Assembly (NCBI GenBank): GCA_024181965.1
Contig: BQXS01012413.1
Location: 1 to 34,814, forward strand
DNA from: Aduncisulcus paluster
Lineage: Eukaryota
Reading direction: 5' to 3'
Length of the DNA stretch: 34,814 nucleotides
Positions 31,245-34,814 of the stretch are shown one piece after another (position 1 is the stretch's first letter; every line of letters starts with the position of its first letter). The position numbers were made by a program, and so were the translations under genes. The notes beneath the pieces were generated by a model. The model saw only the letters and a program-made list of their open reading frames with translations, was not told the DNA's origin and ran no database searches.

Positions 31245-32321
31245 CTATTTCCATGGCAGAAGGGATAATCGTTCAGCTTCAATTAATTCCCTTGGCCTTG
31301 TGAAAAAAAGGCAATAAATGCTAAAACAAACACTATTCTTTTCCTTCCACATTCCTTTCCCTTCAATCTCACACAACACAACATTATCCAAATCAATAGG
31401 AAGGAAGTGCCATTCAAATTGACATTTAAGTGGTGTAAATTCATACTTCTTGTATGTCTTCTTACCATCACAATCAGTAAAAGTGAAGAGAAGAGAAGGG
31501 GAACTATCATTCCAATTCACACAGATGTAAGCACCTTTCATGGGACTAGGTGATGGGAAAGGGATGGAAAGATGTGATAAATCTACATATTTTTGTCCCC
31601 TTAACATAATTTTTGCATTAGAACTCTGATTATACTCCTTTGATTCCTTACTATATGAAACATTCTTTCCTTTTATCCGTTTGAAAAAAGGATATATAAT
31701 AATTGGATCATTTTTTGGAATTGGATTGCAATATCTGTCTCCTTCCTTCACAAATTTTGGTCGTATAACTGAAGCTTCAGACCATAGTTTCTCTCTGGCT
31801 TCACGAACTAATATTTCCTCAGCCGTTTCTTTCCGAATGAAAACAAGGGAGACAATCCTAAAATGCTCTTCCCACCTTCCTTTCCCTGAAATCTCACACA
31901 AAACAACATCAGGGAGATCAACGGGAAGGAAAAACCAATGCGAACGAATAAAGTCAGGAAATTCGTATTTTTTGAATGTACTTTCTTTCTTTGAAGATGT
32001 GAACTGGAAGATAAGAAAGGATGGAGGCACGAAATAATCGTTTAGACAAATAAATACCCCTTTCATTGGGGAAGATGAAGAGAAAGGAATGGATATATGG
32101 GTAAATGATCCTTTGTGACATTCTCCTTTCACCATATTTTGAGCATATGATCTTTGATTGCGATAAGGTGATTTTTTTCTACGAGTTACATCTCTTGCTT
32201 TGATTCTCATTAAATTTGGAACCAAAATATTGGGAGCATCAAAAGGAATAGCGCTACATTGACGAGATCCTTTATGGATATACTCAGGTTCCACGAGTTG
32301 AATAATTGGAGATGAACTCAT
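31245..32321 (-). CDS. Intact tandem two-domain family protein (358 aa), function unknown
   Basis: Two internal ~170-aa repeats (P.[YF][IV]..G, H[IL]SIPF.S.SPMKG..IC, KKYEF, W.FLP.DL..VVLCEI.GKG.W). Paralog of 1265..2648. Confidence 0.85.
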   Translation of the reverse strand: MSSSPIIQLVEPEYIHKGSRQCSAIPFDAPNILVPNLMRIKARDVTRRKKSPYRNQRSYAQNMVKGECHKGSFTHISIPFSSSSPMKGVFICLNDYFVPPSFLIFQFTSSKKESTFKKYEFPDFIRSHWFFLPVDLPDVVLCEISGKGRWEEHFRIVSLVFIRKETAEEILVREAREKLWSEASVIRPKFVKEGDRYCNPIPKNDPIIIYPFFKRIKGKNVSYSKESKEYNQSSNAKIMLRGQKYVDLSHLSIPFPSPSPMKGAYICVNWNDSSPSLLFTFTDCDGKKTYKKYEFTPLKCQFEWHFLPIDLDNVVLCEIEGKGMWKEKNSVCFSIYCLFFTRPRELIEAERLSLLPWK

Positions 32322-32441
32322 TGGATATAGCTAGTATTTACCTAAAATATATATGAAAAATAAAATATGGAATATTTGGAACGGAACAAAAATGCGAATT
32401 TCAAGGGGAACAGTTCGAGAAAAAGGAAAAGAACTACTGAA

Positions 32442-32529
32442 CACAATATAGTGAGTATAATTGAATGACGACAATTAAGATATATTTTGATGTACATTTA
32501 ATAAAATATGTGACATACAGTATATATAC
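32442..32529 (-). promoter_or_regulatory. Conserved upstream block of the tandem-domain family (copy 2)
   Basis: Homologous to 2768-2856 and at the same distance from the ATG. Confidence 0.55.
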
Positions 32530-32721
32530 GACCTGTTTGTTGACGAAGAAAACGATGACTATTAAACACAGCCCCCAATTGAAATGATTGGAAAGTAGTA
32601 TTGTATAAAATATAATTAAAAATATATAGACATTTTCTCTAGATCAAATATTGTATGCCATCCCTATGAATCCACTCCTGCATAAAAATCGCTTCATAAC
32701 TCCGGAGTTTGCCAACCAAAG

Positions 32722-34453
32722 ATGAGAAAGAAGAAAATTTCACGTAAACTCTATGCCAAAGCTCTTGATTTACTTCAGAAAAATTATCAAACACGTCTGG
32801 CAAGGATTGTATCACAAATTAGCGAAAAGGAGGGTGAGGTTCGGAGGTTCTATAGAATTATCAAGATTTCATGAAGAAGAAAAACAAGCGATTGAAAACC
32901 TTAAGGGAGGAACAAGAAGATCTTGAAAGTCTTATCAGCGATTTGGAAAGTACCCTCTCTAGTCATACTACCGGCACCTCCACGAGGGTCGCACTGAAAC
33001 GCCAAAAAAATGAGAAAGCAGAAGAATTAGCCACAATTATCAATAGTATTGACAGAATTGTGGATGAACAAAAAGCTGCTTTAGTTAAATTCCAAAAAGT
33101 TGAAAAAGATATCGTTCCCGATATTATGCGCGCAAGAGAATCTAGCACCGAATGTTTCGGAACTGCCTTTGCAACAATTGAAACCCTAAAGAGTTTCGAA
33201 GATGCTTTAGTTCGTAAGATTATCAAAGTCGATGATATGATCTCCAATATCGATCTTGTGGTTGTTTTTGATGCCACGGGTGGTATGTGGAGGTACATTG
33301 ATACTGTTCATAGCATATTTCAACAACTTATTGATGATATTACTTCCATTTTCTTGGGAATTGAAGTAAGAGTGGCTGTTATTGCTTATAGAGATTTTGA
33401 TTGCGATAAGGATCGAGAAGAGGGAAAAGATGCTCCCCCAAGGATACAGTATATGGACTTTTCAAGTAACATTGAAGAAGTTAAGGAGTACATTGGTAGT
33501 ATAGAAGCCTATGGTGGTGCCGATTGGGCGGAAGATGTTGCTTCCGGTTATGAAACAGCTCTGTCAAAACTCTCATGGCTCCCTACCGATTCGGAGTTAA
33601 AGATTGTTTGTCGTTCTTTGATCCATATTACTGATGCTGGATGTCATGGTCTTCAATACACACATATGCCATCAGGCACTGACTGGATTGATTATGAGAG
33701 TGAAGGTGATCCTGAAGGTCGTAACATTGAGCATATGGTTAGTTTAGATTATTCGCACGTCGAGGCATTGATTTCACGACTGTTAAACTTCATCGGCATG
33801 TTGATCGTATGTTTTGCACGTTTAAAGAATACTACGAAGAAGAAAGAAAGAAAAGTGATGAGGAATCTACAATTATCAAAAACACTCCAAAAGAATGGCA
33901 CACTCCATTTAGACATGATATTATGGGAAGACATACAAGTGCTTCGTTTACTTATGATGATTCCGCTTTCGATAGGTCTGATCTTGATGAACATTGCTTC
34001 AAAGTATTTTCATCCTCGATTCATAACACCGTGTCCCGTGCGATAACTGCTATAAAGCAGGTTCAAATAGCACGCTATTCCAAGGAAGAAGTTGAAATCG
34101 ATGAAGATCTATGGGATTTTGTGCAGAATCCAGAGAAGTTGACTGATGATGAATTAGACATGATAGTTCACAACCTTTCAATCGGACAAGCTAGAATTTC
34201 CGATTCCACATCCAACCCAACAACTTCTTCCACCCCTCCCTCAAAGCCATCAAAATCTGTGAAAGAAGAAAAAGAGATAAAGATAGAATCTCGGGGAAAG
34301 AAAGATATTCCTTCAAGTTCAAAACAACAAACAGAATCACTCACTCAAGAAACAAAGACATCTGAACCTTCCAAATCCAACCCAAACCAACCAACTTCTT
34401 CTACTCCTTCTCAATGTGGTATCCTTGCAGGTTCTCAGAGGATCTATTTATAG
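32722..34453 (+). pseudogene. Coiled-coil + von Willebrand A domain gene (vwkA-like vWA) with frameshifts
   Basis: DLVVVFDATGGM (MIDAS-like), VAVIAYRDF, GGADWAEDV and LIHITDAGCHG. A ~5-nt insertion at ~33740 (GTTAGTTTAGA) shifts the frame out of the continuation RLFARRGIDFTTVKLHRHVDRMF. A probable second shift lies near 32845-32870. Confidence 0.7.
34246..34356 (+). repeat. Dispersed repeat, inverted relative to 1305-1444
   Basis: Encodes PSKSVKEE...GKKDIPSSSKQQTESLTQET and matches the reverse complement of 1305-1444. Confidence 0.85.
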
Positions 34454-34584
34454 AACCGACTATGATGTGTTCGTTTATTAATAAATTGTACGTAAGCTTT
34501 ATCGCATTCTACCATAAATTGATCAATTTTATAACGATTGATAGATATTGCTGAAAATTTTTTTATTAAACCCTGCTAGAAAAC

Positions 34585-34814
34585 ATGGCTCCGAGGAAAC
34601 CCAAAAACCCGAAGAAAACGAAGAAACCCGTCGAAGATATAGACGAAGAAGAACAATTTGAAGAACAAAATGAAGTTTCTAACAACTCTGAAGAAGAAAT
34701 TTCCGATGGAAAAGAACTTGAAGAAAAAGATGTTGTTTTGTCTGCGGAAGAAGACAAAACCATGGAAAAACCCGATCCAAAAGAGAAAACTTTATTAATC
34801 GAAAAAGGAAAAGG
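34585..34814 (+). CDS. Hypothetical protein, 5' part (runs off the window)
   Basis: MAPRKPKNPKKTKKPVEDIDEEEQFEEQNEVSNNSEEEISDGKELEEKDVV... is open to the window end; basic then acidic low-complexity sequence. Confidence 0.55.
   Translation, partial: MAPRKPKNPKKTKKPVEDIDEEEQFEEQNEVSNNSEEEISDGKELEEKDVVLSAEEDKTMEKPDPKEKTLLIEKGK

Overview
AT-rich, gene-dense eukaryotic (protist) DNA from a draft scaffold with four N-gaps and short GT-AG introns. The gene families and style suggest a free-living fornicate/metamonad such as Aduncisulcus; this is inference only. The conserved core (~3.5-31 kb) carries a WDR92 3' end, a CDK1/2-like kinase, an ARF-like GTPase, CEP104, PARG, SRP19, CKS1 (missed by the ORF track), a Bub2/Cdc16-like TBC GAP, a divergent protein kinase, a large coiled-coil protein, guanylate kinase, a 2-exon membrane protein and FCP1. 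Both ends are repeat- and pseudogene-rich: two paralogs of a tandem-domain family, a frameshifted vWA gene and a duplicated ~520-bp element. Several exact duplications next to gaps look like assembly artefacts. The most unusual signals are (1) a dense array of short perfect palindromes at 3943-4105, (2) an unassigned ~170-aa domain found both as stand-alone tandem repeats and fused to a kinase, and (3) CDK, CKS1 and BUB2-like genes in one neighbourhood.
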